Below, piece by piece: positions 9,141-19,393 of a stretch of DNA of 64,000 bases. The stretch comes from Fuerstiella sp. GTDB taxonomy: Bacteria > Planctomycetota > Planctomycetia > Planctomycetales > Planctomycetaceae. The notes under the pieces were generated by a model. The model made no database searches. It worked only from the letters and a program-made list of their open reading frames with translations, and was not told the DNA's origin. Numbering within the stretch: the first letter of the stretch is position 1; each line of letters starts with the position of its first letter. The DNA lies in contig JAQWLN010000100.1 in NCBI GenBank assembly GCA_029247265.1, forward strand, positions 5,122-69,121, read 5' to 3'. A program made the translations under genes and the position numbers.

Positions 9141-10655
9141 ATGAACGACACGACCTTAAGTCTGCAGCAACTGCTGCCCGAGGCTCAGTTTGTCAACTGT
9201 CGTGACATCGCTATTTCGCGTGTTTCAACGGACAGCCGCAGAATCCATCGCGGAGACGTGTTTGTCGCTGTTACCGGAAACACATACGACGGCCACGGCT
9301 TTATCGATGAAGCCATCGCCAGGGGAGCAGTCGCGATTGTCGTCCAGCGATTCATTAGCAACAGCAGCATTCCTCAGTGCATTGTGAATTGTACGGCGAC
9401 TGCACACGCATTGACATCAATGGCTCTGGCTGTTGGTCAGCAGCAGTCGACGACTGTCGCGGGAATCACCGGAACCAATGGCAAGACAACGACGTCGTGG
9501 ATGCTGCGTTCAATTCTGGAATCGGCCGGCCATCGCACTGGCCTGATCGGCACGATCTGTACGAGCGATGGAGTCGATTCCACGTCATCGATGCTGACAA
9601 CACCCTCGGCGGGAGTCCTTGCCGACCACTTTCGTCGAATGAGTCTTGCCCGGACTTCTCACTGTGCGCTGGAGATCAGCAGTCACGCTCTGGTACAGAA
9701 ACGGTGTGCCGGCATTCACTTGTCTGCTGCGGCGATTACAAATGTGACTCAGGACCATTTTGATTATCACGGGACTCAGGACGCCTACGAGGCGGCAAAG
9801 GCCGACATCACCAGCCTGTTATATCCCGAGGCACCACTGCTTCTGAATGCAGACGATCCTGGCTGCCAGAGCATCATGAAACGTCTCGATCGTGACACGC
9901 GCATTGTGACCTACGGAAACGACAACCCTGCGGCGGAATTGCGTTCGACGGTGTTGAGGAAAACGCATCGTTCTCAGCGTGTGCGATTGAGTCTGGCTCA
10001 GGGTGACGCAGAATTTCGGTTGAGACTCATTGGTCGACACAATGTCTCGAACTGTCTGGCGGCGGCCGGAATTGCGGAGCAGTTGGGAATCAGTCTTTCA
10101 CATATCGTGGATGGACTGCAGGCACTTCACGCCGTTCCCGGGCGTGTCGAACGCATTGATGAAGGCCAGCCGTTCCAGGTTCTGGTGGATTATGCTCACA
10201 CTCCCGACGCATTGGCACAGTGTCTCGACGCGGTTCGTGATTTTGTGCCGGGCCGACTCATCTGTGTGTTCGGAGCTGGAGGAGAACGTGATCGCAGCAA
10301 ACGGCCTTTGATGGCCCATGCAGCGATGGCCGCGGACGTTGCTATCGTCACATCCGACAATCCTCGCAGTGAAGATCCCGGCCAGATCATCACAGACATC
10401 ACCGCTGGATTCTCTGCAGACGCTGTTTACGTGTCAGAAACCGATCGCCAGCAAGCGATCTCGGTGGCGCTGGAACAGGCTGAACCTGGCGACGTGGTTG
10501 TCGTTGCCGGCCGAGGGCATGAACGAACACAGGAATCGGCCGGCGCAAAGCTGTCATTTGACGACCGCGAAGTGGTCCGTCAATTGTTGCGTGCAGCGGA
10601 CTGCTCGGTTGTAGACAATTTGCAGCCGCGATTCTCGATTCAGAGGTCGGCATGA
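9141..10655 (+). CDS. murE: UDP-N-acetylmuramoyl-dipeptide--meso-DAP ligase
   Basis: GITGTNGKTTT; EISSH; DHFDYH; VDYAHTPDAL; CVFGAGG-RD--KRP; SDNPRSEDP (DNPR, the DAP-specificity motif). Confidence 0.93.
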   Translation: MNDTTLSLQQLLPEAQFVNCRDIAISRVSTDSRRIHRGDVFVAVTGNTYDGHGFIDEAIARGAVAIVVQRFISNSSIPQCIVNCTATAHALTSMALAVGQQQSTTVAGITGTNGKTTTSWMLRSILESAGHRTGLIGTICTSDGVDSTSSMLTTPSAGVLADHFRRMSLARTSHCALEISSHALVQKRCAGIHLSAAAITNVTQDHFDYHGTQDAYEAAKADITSLLYPEAPLLLNADDPGCQSIMKRLDRDTRIVTYGNDNPAAELRSTVLRKTHRSQRVRLSLAQGDAEFRLRLIGRHNVSNCLAAAGIAEQLGISLSHIVDGLQALHAVPGRVERIDEGQPFQVLVDYAHTPDALAQCLDAVRDFVPGRLICVFGAGGERDRSKRPLMAHAAMAADVAIVTSDNPRSEDPGQIITDITAGFSADAVYVSETDRQQAISVALEQAEPGDVVVVAGRGHERTQESAGAKLSFDDREVVRQLLRAADCSVVDNLQPRFSIQRSA

Positions 10656-10878
10656 ATCGTCAGAGCAATATTCCCGATGCTGCCGGTAATCCGTGCGGGC
10701 ACCTCCGGCAAAGGTCTGTGCGTGTCACCGACTTTGATGAATTTGGACTTATTCGTGCGGGCAGCCCACGTCGATGTCACAGTCAGCATCAGTTTGCCAT
10801 TATCGGCAATAATTGCCGCAAAGGCATTCACGGAAGAAATGCCGAGGCTCAGCGATGCGGAAAAGGCTGACTTGAACA

Positions 10879-12276
10879 ATGCATCCGCTAACTGTCAAAC
10901 ACGTTTGCGAAATTGTTGACGGAACGATCTGTGGTGAGGTCAACGTCGCAGCCACTGCGGATGGGTGCGTCATCGACAGTCGGCACGTGCAGCAGGGTGA
11001 TGTATTCATTGCGCTGTCAGGCACGCAGACCCACGGAGTCGAGTACTGTGCAGCGGCGCTGCGCGATGGAGCCGTGGTTGTCATTGTGGAAGAGTCTGTG
11101 GCAGACGCATGTCTCACACCACACATCAGCGTCGCAGATGCTGAGCTGGCGCTCGCACAACTCGGCTGGCAAAATCGTCAGTACAGCGATGCGCTGGTGG
11201 TTGCGGTCACAGGCAGCGTGGGTAAAACAACCGCACGTCGCATGATTGCCGCCATGCTCGAATCCGTGCACACGGGAATTCAGAGTCCCCGCAATTTCAA
11301 TAATCATCTGGGAGTGCCAATCAGCCTGCTGGAACTTCAGAGTGGTGACGAATTTGCAGTGATTGAAGTGGGTTCATCCGCGCCGGGAGAAGTGGAAATG
11401 CTGGCGTCGGTCGCTCGACCCGATTTTGCCGTCGTCACGACCGTGAGCCCTGCCCACCTTGATGAACTGACATCGCTGAAGGCCGTGCAGCAGGAAAAGC
11501 AGGCGCTGGTCGAATCGCTTTCAACAGACGGCGTGGCCTTCCTGAATATTGATGATCCACTTGTCGCTGAGATGCAGAAATCAGCGTCCGGGCGTGTTGT
11601 GACCTTCGGCACAGCAGAGTGGGCTGAGGTCCGTGCAACTGCCGTCGTGACGTCCGATGAGTCGCTTAGGCTGACGGTGGACGGAGACGAGTACACTGTG
11701 CGAGCCTGTGGCCGTCATAATGTGACAAACGTACTGGCAGCGATCGCCATCGGCCTGGAAGTAGGCATCGCCCCCGAGCAGATCAATGCCGGACTGGCGA
11801 CGTATGAGCCGGAAGCAGGCCGCTGCTGTCTGTTGCAGATTGGTGCCTGGACCGTTATCGACGATACCTACAACGCCAGTCCGGCCGCCGTCAACGCTGC
11901 CATTCGGACGGCCGAAGATTTCCAGCATTGCCGCCATCGCGTGCTGGTGCTGAACGACATGCTGGACCTTGGTGACCAGGCGGCCGACCTGCACTATGGA
12001 ATGGGTGCGGCGCTGGCAGCGTCAACGCTCGATCATATTGCAGTCACCGGAAACTTTGCGGGCGACGTTGTCGATGGTTTCCTTGCGTCCGGCGGGGCAC
12101 TGAATCGAATTTCCTGCTTTGCCAGCCTGACAACGCTGACAGCCATGCTTGACTGCCTGCTGTGCGACAACGACCTTGTGCTTGTCAAAGGCTCACGCGC
12201 CACCCGCATGGAGCAGGTCGTCGAATCACTCAGGCAACTGGCGCTCACGGATGTTGCGGAACGTCGGGCCGCCTAG
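10879..12276 (+). CDS. murF: UDP-N-acetylmuramoyl-tripeptide--D-Ala-D-Ala ligase
   Basis: AVTGSVGKTT; NFNNHLGVP; DDTYNASP; VKGSR; directly after murE. Confidence 0.9.
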   Translation: MHPLTVKHVCEIVDGTICGEVNVAATADGCVIDSRHVQQGDVFIALSGTQTHGVEYCAAALRDGAVVVIVEESVADACLTPHISVADAELALAQLGWQNRQYSDALVVAVTGSVGKTTARRMIAAMLESVHTGIQSPRNFNNHLGVPISLLELQSGDEFAVIEVGSSAPGEVEMLASVARPDFAVVTTVSPAHLDELTSLKAVQQEKQALVESLSTDGVAFLNIDDPLVAEMQKSASGRVVTFGTAEWAEVRATAVVTSDESLRLTVDGDEYTVRACGRHNVTNVLAAIAIGLEVGIAPEQINAGLATYEPEAGRCCLLQIGAWTVIDDTYNASPAAVNAAIRTAEDFQHCRHRVLVLNDMLDLGDQAADLHYGMGAALAASTLDHIAVTGNFAGDVVDGFLASGGALNRISCFASLTTLTAMLDCLLCDNDLVLVKGSRATRMEQVVESLRQLALTDVAERRAA

Positions 12277-12352
12277 CGTCTCTTGTTGCGCGTCGGAATG
12301 AACGCACCCTGCCGGACTCGAATCTCTCGCGGGGCAGAACTCTTCTGTCGTT

Positions 12353-13387
12353 TCAATTGTCGGCCAGTTCCCGGTTCAGCACGTCGACCATCATCCGCAA
12401 CCTGCCGACGGCACGTCGATTGAACGTAAACGACAGTCGCGGAAGTTCTTTCAGATGCACATCGTCGGCTTCCAGTTTGTGAGGTTGGGCCTTTTCAATG
12501 CGTCCGGATTCCACAACGTCCTGAAACTCATCATTAAGCCGTTCGATCAGCTCATTGGATGGATCGCGGTGCAGTCTGAGTACAAGCCGATCGCGGACAA
12601 ATCGCATGCTGTTGTACACGCTGTAAAATCCCAGAACTTCGTCGATGGCTTCTTCGACGTCGTCCGTGACCTTGAACAGGCTCATGTCACTGGGCGAGAT
12701 CATTCCTTTTTCGAGCAGTTCCGTTTTGATGTAGTTCAGCCAGCCTGACCAGTACGTGCCGCCTGGCCGGTCCAGAAAGACCATGGGCATCAGGTCACGT
12801 TTTCCCGTCTGGACCAGCGTCAGTGTTTCGAACGCTTCATCCTGAGTTCCGAATCCTCCCGGACAGGAAACGACAGCATGGACTTCCTTTACGAATAACA
12901 GCTTGCGCGTGAAGAAGTATTTCAGGTTGACCAGTTTGTCGTCACCTTCGATAACAGGATTCGCTTGCTGTTCGAACGGCAGCAGGATGTTCAGCCCCAT
13001 TGCCATTTCACGACCGGACCCGGCATGAGCGGCCTCCATAATTCCGCCACCGGCGCCGGTGACCACCATCCAGCCTTCTTCGGCGATGCGTTTACCAAAC
13101 AGTTCTGCCTGTTGCCACTCGGGAGATTCGGGGGCCGTTCGCGCCGACCCGAACACGGTGACTTTTCTGTTACGTCGATAGGGCGTAAACACCTTAAACG
13201 CGTAACGCAGTTCTCGCAGGGCGCGGCTGAGAATCTTCAGGTCGCCGCGAGTTGCTCCGTCGGCCGCCAGCTTGTCCGCCGTTGCTTTGATTTCCTGAAT
13301 CAGTTCAGAATGTTTGCGAAGTTCCGAAACATGTTCGATCACTTCCAATTCTGAATCACGCGGATGGGTGAGATGCTTTTTCGCCAT
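12353..13387 (-). CDS. LOG family nucleotide 5'-monophosphate phosphoribohydrolase (TIGR00730-like, long type)
   Basis: VTVFGSART; [10 protein letters not shown]; KYFFTRK; PGGFGTQDE motif; RBS GGAGG before ATG 13387. Confidence 0.9.
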   Translation of the reverse strand: MAKKHLTHPRDSELEVIEHVSELRKHSELIQEIKATADKLAADGATRGDLKILSRALRELRYAFKVFTPYRRNRKVTVFGSARTAPESPEWQQAELFGKRIAEEGWMVVTGAGGGIMEAAHAGSGREMAMGLNILLPFEQQANPVIEGDDKLVNLKYFFTRKLLFVKEVHAVVSCPGGFGTQDEAFETLTLVQTGKRDLMPMVFLDRPGGTYWSGWLNYIKTELLEKGMISPSDMSLFKVTDDVEEAIDEVLGFYSVYNSMRFVRDRLVLRLHRDPSNELIERLNDEFQDVVESGRIEKAQPHKLEADDVHLKELPRLSFTFNRRAVGRLRMMVDVLNRELADN

Positions 13388-13498
13388 TTGCTCATTGCCT
13401 CCGTGCGAACACATTCGCCAGAACTGACGTCAGGATTCACCAGCGACGCCAACGTGTGCGGGGCGCCGAATCAGGTATGGCGCGGGTGTGCCGCTCCT

Positions 13499-13864
13499 TC
13501 AGCCATCAATCGCCTGCATGGCTTCGCTGCGAGTATCGTAGATGGCCCAAATCGTATCCAGAGCTGTAATCTTCAAAAGTTCACGAGCCATGTCGTTGGC
13601 GCCACACAGAACCAGTTCGCCGCCACGACGCTTCAGGAACTTATGACATCGCAGCAGCAATGCCAGAAATACGGAACCGAAGTAGCCCACGTCCTTCAGG
13701 TCCACAATCACAAGCGGAACTTCCTGGGTCGCCAGTGGGTCCATAATGACGTCAGCCGCCTGTTCAACAAGGTCCCAGTTGAGTGACTCGACCGATTTTG
13801 CCGGGACCACGACGACAACGTTGCCATGCCATTCGATTTCGAAACTGTCCAGAACTTCTGACAC
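13499..13864 (-). CDS. STAS-domain anti-sigma factor antagonist
   Basis: [37 protein letters not shown]...LLKITALD. Confidence 0.9.
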   Translation of the reverse strand: MSEVLDSFEIEWHGNVVVVVPAKSVESLNWDLVEQAADVIMDPLATQEVPLVIVDLKDVGYFGSVFLALLLRCHKFLKRRGGELVLCGANDMARELLKITALDTIWAIYDTRSEAMQAIDG

Positions 13865-14073
13865 GAATCACCTCGCAACAATAGAATTTTGTGAGCGAAA
13901 GGATGCTATCAGAGACACCGCCCTACAGCCAACCATGGTCGATGCCAGTATATCGGAGCATTTTGCGGGTACCGCGGCGTGTCGTGTGACAAACAGCGTT
14001 CGTCAACATCCACTTCCGGCGAGCGGTTTCAATAACAACGTTCTGACAGCTGATTGGCGCGAAATAGCTGACG

Positions 14074-17043
14074 TCAGATGTCGTCGCGATACACAGTGAC
14101 GGACTCGGACACCACCAGCGGTTCCTGCATCTGGAGGTATCGAACTTTGGCCTTAACGACTCCGTTGCGCACCGGGCGAGCCCCGGTCATCTTGATCTGG
14201 AAGGTCTGTTTCCGGCCTGGTTCAATTTGTACAATGACGTTGTACTGCACCAGATTTCCGGCAAGAAGTTTTGCCTGAACTTCTGAACTCCCAGCGCCGA
14301 CGACCTGGATTTCTTCCGGAACATCAATCGTCAGTTCAACGTCCGTTGCATCGGCAGTTCCGCGGTTATCAATCGTGACGGTGAATCCGAACGTTTCTCC
14401 CATCGCGACTGGCCCGTCCAGTTGGGTGATGTCAGCACTGACATTGTGCAGGTCTTCGACGACCGTTGTGGACACGTAGTCATCACTGCGGAAGCCTGCG
14501 TTTTCCAGGATCGTGACCGTACTTTCGCGGGACCCCGCAGAGGTCGGCATCAATTCGATTCTCAACAGTTTCTGGCGGCTGGCGCTGATCCGATCAATGG
14601 TCCATGTCACGATTTGGCTCTGTTTGTCGTACAGACCACCATTGTCAGCACTGATGAACCGCATGCCGTCAGGCACCTGTTCGACCACTTTGGCGTCGAT
14701 GGCATCAAAGTTGGTTTCGTTGGTCACAACATTTTCGTACACCCCAGCGCGGCCAACGTAGCGTCGTTTGGGCCCGCGTCGAACAATCTGCAATTGAGCA
14801 CCGACGACGCTTGTCTGCCACGTCGCCTGTTCGCTGGTCGTACCAATCGCGGTTAACTCCGCTTTTGTCTGATGTTCACCAGGCTCTCCTGCAACAACCG
14901 CCAGAATAATTTCCCGCTGCTCGCCGGGTCTCATGGATTGAATCTCGTATTCAAGATCTCGCCCCTGTGGATGACTGAAGCCGCCGCCATTTGGCAAAAC
15001 AGTGCGGAGAAACACGTCCCGAGCTTCTCCGGTGCCATCATTGGTGATGACATATCGGTAGGTGACTTCTTCACCCAGTTTCACTTCTTCAGGGCCTGTC
15101 ATCTGCAGACGCAGCCGCGGGGCAGTCACGACCGTCGTCGCCTGAACACGTGACTTGAACTTTACGGATGCCACACCATCCAGCGTGCCTTCTCCGGTGG
15201 GAGTCACCTGGACTTTGATCTCTTCTGTGTCGCCAGGTCTGATTGCGTCAAAGTGCCAGATGAGCTTGCCAGTGGAACGATCAAAATCCGGCTGCGGTCG
15301 CGCACCGTTGACTTCCACACCGCTGGTAACTTCGTCTTCGACGATGACCTCAAATGCAGTGGCATCACCTTCGTTGCGAACAAAGATGCTGTAGTCCAGC
15401 GGTGAGCCCACAGATGCGTTTTGTGGAGCTGTTTTCTGCAGCACAAGATTCGGGCGCATCACACCTGAGACGACGCGAATGTCTGTATTCGAGCTTTGTC
15501 GCGGAATCTGGCGAATCCCGTCGCGGGTGGAACGTCCACCTGGCGTCCCCGCGGGTGGCTGAGCGTTGAACGTGCGAGAACCTGGTTCTGACAGTCCGGG
15601 AGACGTCAACGGCGGAGTTTCTTCGAACTGCCGCGGAAACGGACGCACGTCGAGAGAATCTGCGGGACGGTCGACAGGCAGATCAAGAGTCGTGTCCCGT
15701 GATTGAGGGGGACGATTGTTCGGAAATCTGTTGTCGGTATCAGAGTATGCTTGGTCTGGTTGGGGATACGACGGTTCCGGCAATGCCAGCGGAGATGTGG
15801 CGGGCAGGTCCGGCACTGTCTGCAACCCGCCTGTGGACGGCAGATCTTCGGCAAAGGGCAAAGCCGTGTCGTCTGGTGCTGTTCCCAATGGCGTTGAATT
15901 CACGGGTATGGAGTTCGAGGACTCCATATTTTCGTCAGGGTCGACTGTAAACGCAGGCGCGGAAATTGTTGCCGGCTCACGCGGTGTTGGCACCAGGTCC
16001 GAAGTAAAGGGCTGACCGCTGTTTTCAGTTTCAATGGGTTCCGGTCGAGTTGCTTCAGGAAGCCCGGGAAACGGATCGTTTTGCTGGCCGGTCGCAGCAG
16101 CCGGTTCCGGCTGACCGCCGAATGGCAGATTCTCCGCGGGCAGATTCTCCGAGGGCAGGTCAAATACCGGCGCCCCGTTGCTTAACGAACGCGGTTGTTC
16201 GTCCATTGCTGCGGGCGTTAGCTGAGGTTCCTCGGAACCAAAGAATTCGGCAGTGCCAGCTGGCTGTGTCGTCACATTCTGCGGCAATGTGGCCGTTTGC
16301 GCCGGCTCTGTTTTGGTTGTCGAGTTTTCTTCTTCGCCAAAGAACAGAAATGGCTCCGTTTTCCTGGGGGGCGCTGCAGCCTTGTCCTCAATCGGCTGGC
16401 TGGTCGCTGCAGCTACGCTGCCAGGTGTCTCCTGAGCATCGGCAGCATTTCCGAACAGTGGAAATGTATCTTCTTCGGCGACATTTGGTGTTGGCCGTAG
16501 GGCCATTGGTTGGGCATGAGATTCCAGTGCCAGCGAAGGCGCAGCGGATGTCGCGTCTCTTGTGAACTCTGGTTCCTCCACAAACCCCACAGGTTCGACC
16601 GTGGCCTGATTGCTGCCGTTAAAATCAGCCGCCACGGCTGACGTGACCTGCTGCTCCCGTGCGAAAGGGTTGCCTTCCAGCGATATCTGCTCGGAGCGGA
16701 CAGTTGTGTCGACGGGCGGCGTGAAATCCTGCGGTGGCACGGGCTCGCTGTGAAAGTGTCCGTCGGCAGAAGCGAACGATTCCCCAAACGGTGGTTCTGT
16801 GACGTTGAACCCCGGTGTCTCGGCGTTGGAGCTTTCCATCGCCAGGTCGAATTCCGACTTTGTCGTGGCAGCCGTCAGGGACTCTTCGCCGGATTGGATA
16901 ACCAGATTCCTTAAGGCTGCATCAGTAGACGTGTCGACGCCGGAACCCGGGCGCGACAGTCGGTTCTGAACCTCGAGTGTGACCAGGCTGCCGATGCCAA
17001 TTACGCCGACAACCGAAACGGTTTTCCAGAATGAAGCCTGCAT
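14074..17043 (-). CDS. Membrane-anchored DUF11 (conserved-repeat, OmcB-like) protein with a long P/E/T-rich linker
   Basis: N-terminal hydrophobic segment, ~500-aa low-complexity region, then four Ig-like repeats (LVLQKTAP...VG...Y...V.N.G; LRLQMTGP...; LQIVRRGP...; ...GPVAMGETFGFTVTIDNRG). Confidence 0.85.
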   Translation of the reverse strand: MQASFWKTVSVVGVIGIGSLVTLEVQNRLSRPGSGVDTSTDAALRNLVIQSGEESLTAATTKSEFDLAMESSNAETPGFNVTEPPFGESFASADGHFHSEPVPPQDFTPPVDTTVRSEQISLEGNPFAREQQVTSAVAADFNGSNQATVEPVGFVEEPEFTRDATSAAPSLALESHAQPMALRPTPNVAEEDTFPLFGNAADAQETPGSVAAATSQPIEDKAAAPPRKTEPFLFFGEEENSTTKTEPAQTATLPQNVTTQPAGTAEFFGSEEPQLTPAAMDEQPRSLSNGAPVFDLPSENLPAENLPFGGQPEPAAATGQQNDPFPGLPEATRPEPIETENSGQPFTSDLVPTPREPATISAPAFTVDPDENMESSNSIPVNSTPLGTAPDDTALPFAEDLPSTGGLQTVPDLPATSPLALPEPSYPQPDQAYSDTDNRFPNNRPPQSRDTTLDLPVDRPADSLDVRPFPRQFEETPPLTSPGLSEPGSRTFNAQPPAGTPGGRSTRDGIRQIPRQSSNTDIRVVSGVMRPNLVLQKTAPQNASVGSPLDYSIFVRNEGDATAFEVIVEDEVTSGVEVNGARPQPDFDRSTGKLIWHFDAIRPGDTEEIKVQVTPTGEGTLDGVASVKFKSRVQATTVVTAPRLRLQMTGPEEVKLGEEVTYRYVITNDGTGEARDVFLRTVLPNGGGFSHPQGRDLEYEIQSMRPGEQREIILAVVAGEPGEHQTKAELTAIGTTSEQATWQTSVVGAQLQIVRRGPKRRYVGRAGVYENVVTNETNFDAIDAKVVEQVPDGMRFISADNGGLYDKQSQIVTWTIDRISASRQKLLRIELMPTSAGSRESTVTILENAGFRSDDYVSTTVVEDLHNVSADITQLDGPVAMGETFGFTVTIDNRGTADATDVELTIDVPEEIQVVGAGSSEVQAKLLAGNLVQYNVIVQIEPGRKQTFQIKMTGARPVRNGVVKAKVRYLQMQEPLVVSESVTVYRDDI

Positions 17044-17497
17044 GGGAATCCTTCCCCTGCCATAAAAATGATGGCGCGACGCCCCCATCAGACATCGCCA
17101 AACGTCCGTGTACCTGCTGCACTTCTACCAGATATGCAAAATCACTGAAAGATGTGTTTGGGCAGACGAAAACGGGAGTTTCGGCGAAATCTGCAGCCTG
17201 AGCGGGCACTGGCAAGTTCACTGCACAGTCGTGGCAAGCATCACGTCGAGATGTGTGTGAGAACAACAGCCGCGTTCTGAATAAGTCGGACCTCATCAAA
17301 GACAAGCGCATAATACGAGCACGCAGCGCCAGCATGTGATCGGGGCGCCCCGTGCCTCGTCGGAGCCACAGGTCGCAGGCCGAAAACGTCTTGTGCGGCC
17401 ACGAATCAGAGAAATACGCAATAGCGGCAATCTTGACATTTCTGTTTGCCAGAGTCCCTCGGTCAGGACCTCAAACCAGAGTCGATTCCTGCCCCGA

Positions 17498-17616
17498 CGG
17501 TCGTGAGTTACGACCACCACGTAGCTGGTTGAAGCGACGTAACTGGCGGTATCGGGCACCAGAGCCGTCACGGTATAGGTTCTTCCGGTCCCGGTTCCTT
17601 CCCGCTCAGACCGTAG
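17498..17616 (-). pseudogene. C-terminal relic of a secreted protein (LRxER-G-G-GR-Y...V.V.HD module)
   Basis: Hand translation LRSEREGTGTGRTYTVTALVPDTASYVASTSYVVVVTHDRR resembles the LRAERxGxGxGRxY...VxVPHD terminal module of large secreted proteins. No N-terminal part is present. Confidence 0.5.
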
Positions 17617-17682
17617 TGCAGGAGTTCCCGCGAAACGATTCGTGGCAACGTTGCAACCAAAAGGACTGGTGACATCCGTGGG

Positions 17683-17889
17683 GCAAATCCGAAGTCCGCT
17701 GAAACCCGGGCACGTCTCTGGACGTAGCTAACTGAGGAACTAACGGCTCAGGGTGATCCTCGCATCCTGGGCAATGGGCAGATCCTGGACTTCTATCCTG
17801 ACGGCCGCATTGATCGTCAGCAACAGTTATACGAGAAACCGGAATTTGATCCGGTGCAACTGTTCGAAGACAAGTTCGGGAGTGAGTGA
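17683..17889 (+). pseudogene. C-terminal relic of a sulfatase (N-sulfoglucosamine sulfohydrolase-like)
   Basis: ANPKSAETRARLWT*LTEELTAQGDPRILGNGQILDFYPDGRIDRQQQLYEKPEFDPVQLFEDKFGSE*, with an in-frame TAG at 17725-17727. The xGDPRxLGxG tail is typical of such sulfatases. Confidence 0.55.
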
Positions 17890-17990
17890 AATACTTTCGC
17901 CGTCAATTACGATCGAAAGGGTGTGCAGGCCACTCTGTGTGCATATACTGAATCAGCATTCGGAGTCATGATTCTTGTAGCTGTGGCAGA

Positions 17991-19373
17991 ATGAGCAACA
18001 GATCCACTCAGCAGGCGGGCCGGCATTTGCAGCGTCGCGTTTCCAGGCGGCGAGTGCTTGAGGTCGGTTCGTCCACAGCGTTCGGCCTGACGCTGACGGA
18101 TATGCTGGCCGCGTCGGCATCCCGGTCAAGTCAATCTCAAACACCCCGATTCGGTCAGGCGAAGTCTGTCGTCGTCATCTTCCTGTGGGGCGGTCCCGGT
18201 CAGCAGGATCTGTGGGATCCCAAGCCCGATGCTCCGTCGGCGATTCGCAGTGAATTTCAGCCGATATCGACCAGCGTGCCAGGCACTCAGATCACCGAAC
18301 AGTTGCCGAAGCTGGCGCTGCAGGCAGAACGGTACACGATCGTTCGGTCGATGACTCATCGCGACTTCGAACATGGATCGGCAGCGTACACAGCGTTGAC
18401 CGGTTACCCGCATCCGCTGCCCGGCACGAATACAACGGCGCGGCCGGATGATTTCCCCACGTATGGTTCTCTGATCAGTCGACTGACTCCCACACGTCGT
18501 CCGGTTCCGGATTTCGTGGTGTTGGGGCCCGTGATGCATCAGGGCGCTCGACCACCACTGGCCGGCCAGAATGCCGGATTTCTGGGCCCCGGATTCGACG
18601 CGCTGCGAGTTCCCGACGATCCTGCCGGAAGTTCGTTTCGCGTGGACAGCGTGACTCTTCCGGAGGGAGTTGGGCAAAGCCGTCTGTCCGGCCGCCAGAG
18701 TTTGCTGTCATCCATCGATCCGGCGGAACGGACCGTAGGGAATCGTCACCTGGTCGGATTGGACGATCTGTATGCTCGCGCCTTCGGATTGCTTGGTTCG
18801 TCTGCAACTCGCCGAGCATTCAACCTGACAGACGAATCAGCGCTGCTGCGAGACTCATACACACGCACGCGTTTCGGTCAGACGCTGTTGATGGCGCGGC
18901 GTCTGGTTGAGGCCAATATTCCGCTGATCACCGTCAACTGGTCGAAGCTGAATGCCGACCAGTGGGACACGCATGCCAACAATTATTCGCGGTTGCGCAA
19001 AATGCTGCCACCCTTTGATCAGGCGCTGGCGACATTTCTTGAGGACCTCGACACGCGCGGTCTGCTGGATTCCACTCTGGTGTTGTGTCTTGGCGAATTC
19101 GGCCGCACGCCAGTGGTCAACAAAGGCGCCGGTCGGGATCATTGGCCCGATTGCTATTCGCTGTTGCTGGCGGGTGGAGGAGTTGCAGCCGGGCGAACGT
19201 ACGGGGCATCGAATCGCACGGCCGAATACCCGATTGCGAATCATGTGGCGCCCTGGGATATTGCCGCCACGATGTTTCACCTGAAGGGTATCGACCCACA
19301 CTCCCACATCAAAAATCGACAGGGACAACCGCTGCCTGTCTCTCGCGGTGAAGTCGTATCCGGATTGCTGTAG
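17991..19373 (+). CDS. DUF1501 domain protein (Tat-like N-terminus)
   Basis: SRRRVL; FLWGGPGQQDLWDPKP; WDTH; GEFGRTP; GRDHW. Confidence 0.93.
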   Translation: MSNRSTQQAGRHLQRRVSRRRVLEVGSSTAFGLTLTDMLAASASRSSQSQTPRFGQAKSVVVIFLWGGPGQQDLWDPKPDAPSAIRSEFQPISTSVPGTQITEQLPKLALQAERYTIVRSMTHRDFEHGSAAYTALTGYPHPLPGTNTTARPDDFPTYGSLISRLTPTRRPVPDFVVLGPVMHQGARPPLAGQNAGFLGPGFDALRVPDDPAGSSFRVDSVTLPEGVGQSRLSGRQSLLSSIDPAERTVGNRHLVGLDDLYARAFGLLGSSATRRAFNLTDESALLRDSYTRTRFGQTLLMARRLVEANIPLITVNWSKLNADQWDTHANNYSRLRKMLPPFDQALATFLEDLDTRGLLDSTLVLCLGEFGRTPVVNKGAGRDHWPDCYSLLLAGGGVAAGRTYGASNRTAEYPIANHVAPWDIAATMFHLKGIDPHSHIKNRQGQPLPVSRGEVVSGLL

Positions 19374-19393
19374 ATGACGAAAGAGAACGATTT

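Noticed and set aside
10652-10870. 72-aa ORF between murE and murF with an ATGA overlap
   Set aside because: Coupling is suggestive, but there is no recognisable motif and other frames are equally open; cannot be supported without homology.
17207-17225. Sigma54-like GG-N10-GC motif upstream of the DUF11 gene
   Set aside because: Weak match, and on the wrong strand for that gene.
17670-17730. GGGCAAA-containing stretch resembling a c-di-GMP-I riboswitch
   Set aside because: The GACGCAAA/P2-P3 elements are missing, and the stretch is better explained as a sulfatase relic.
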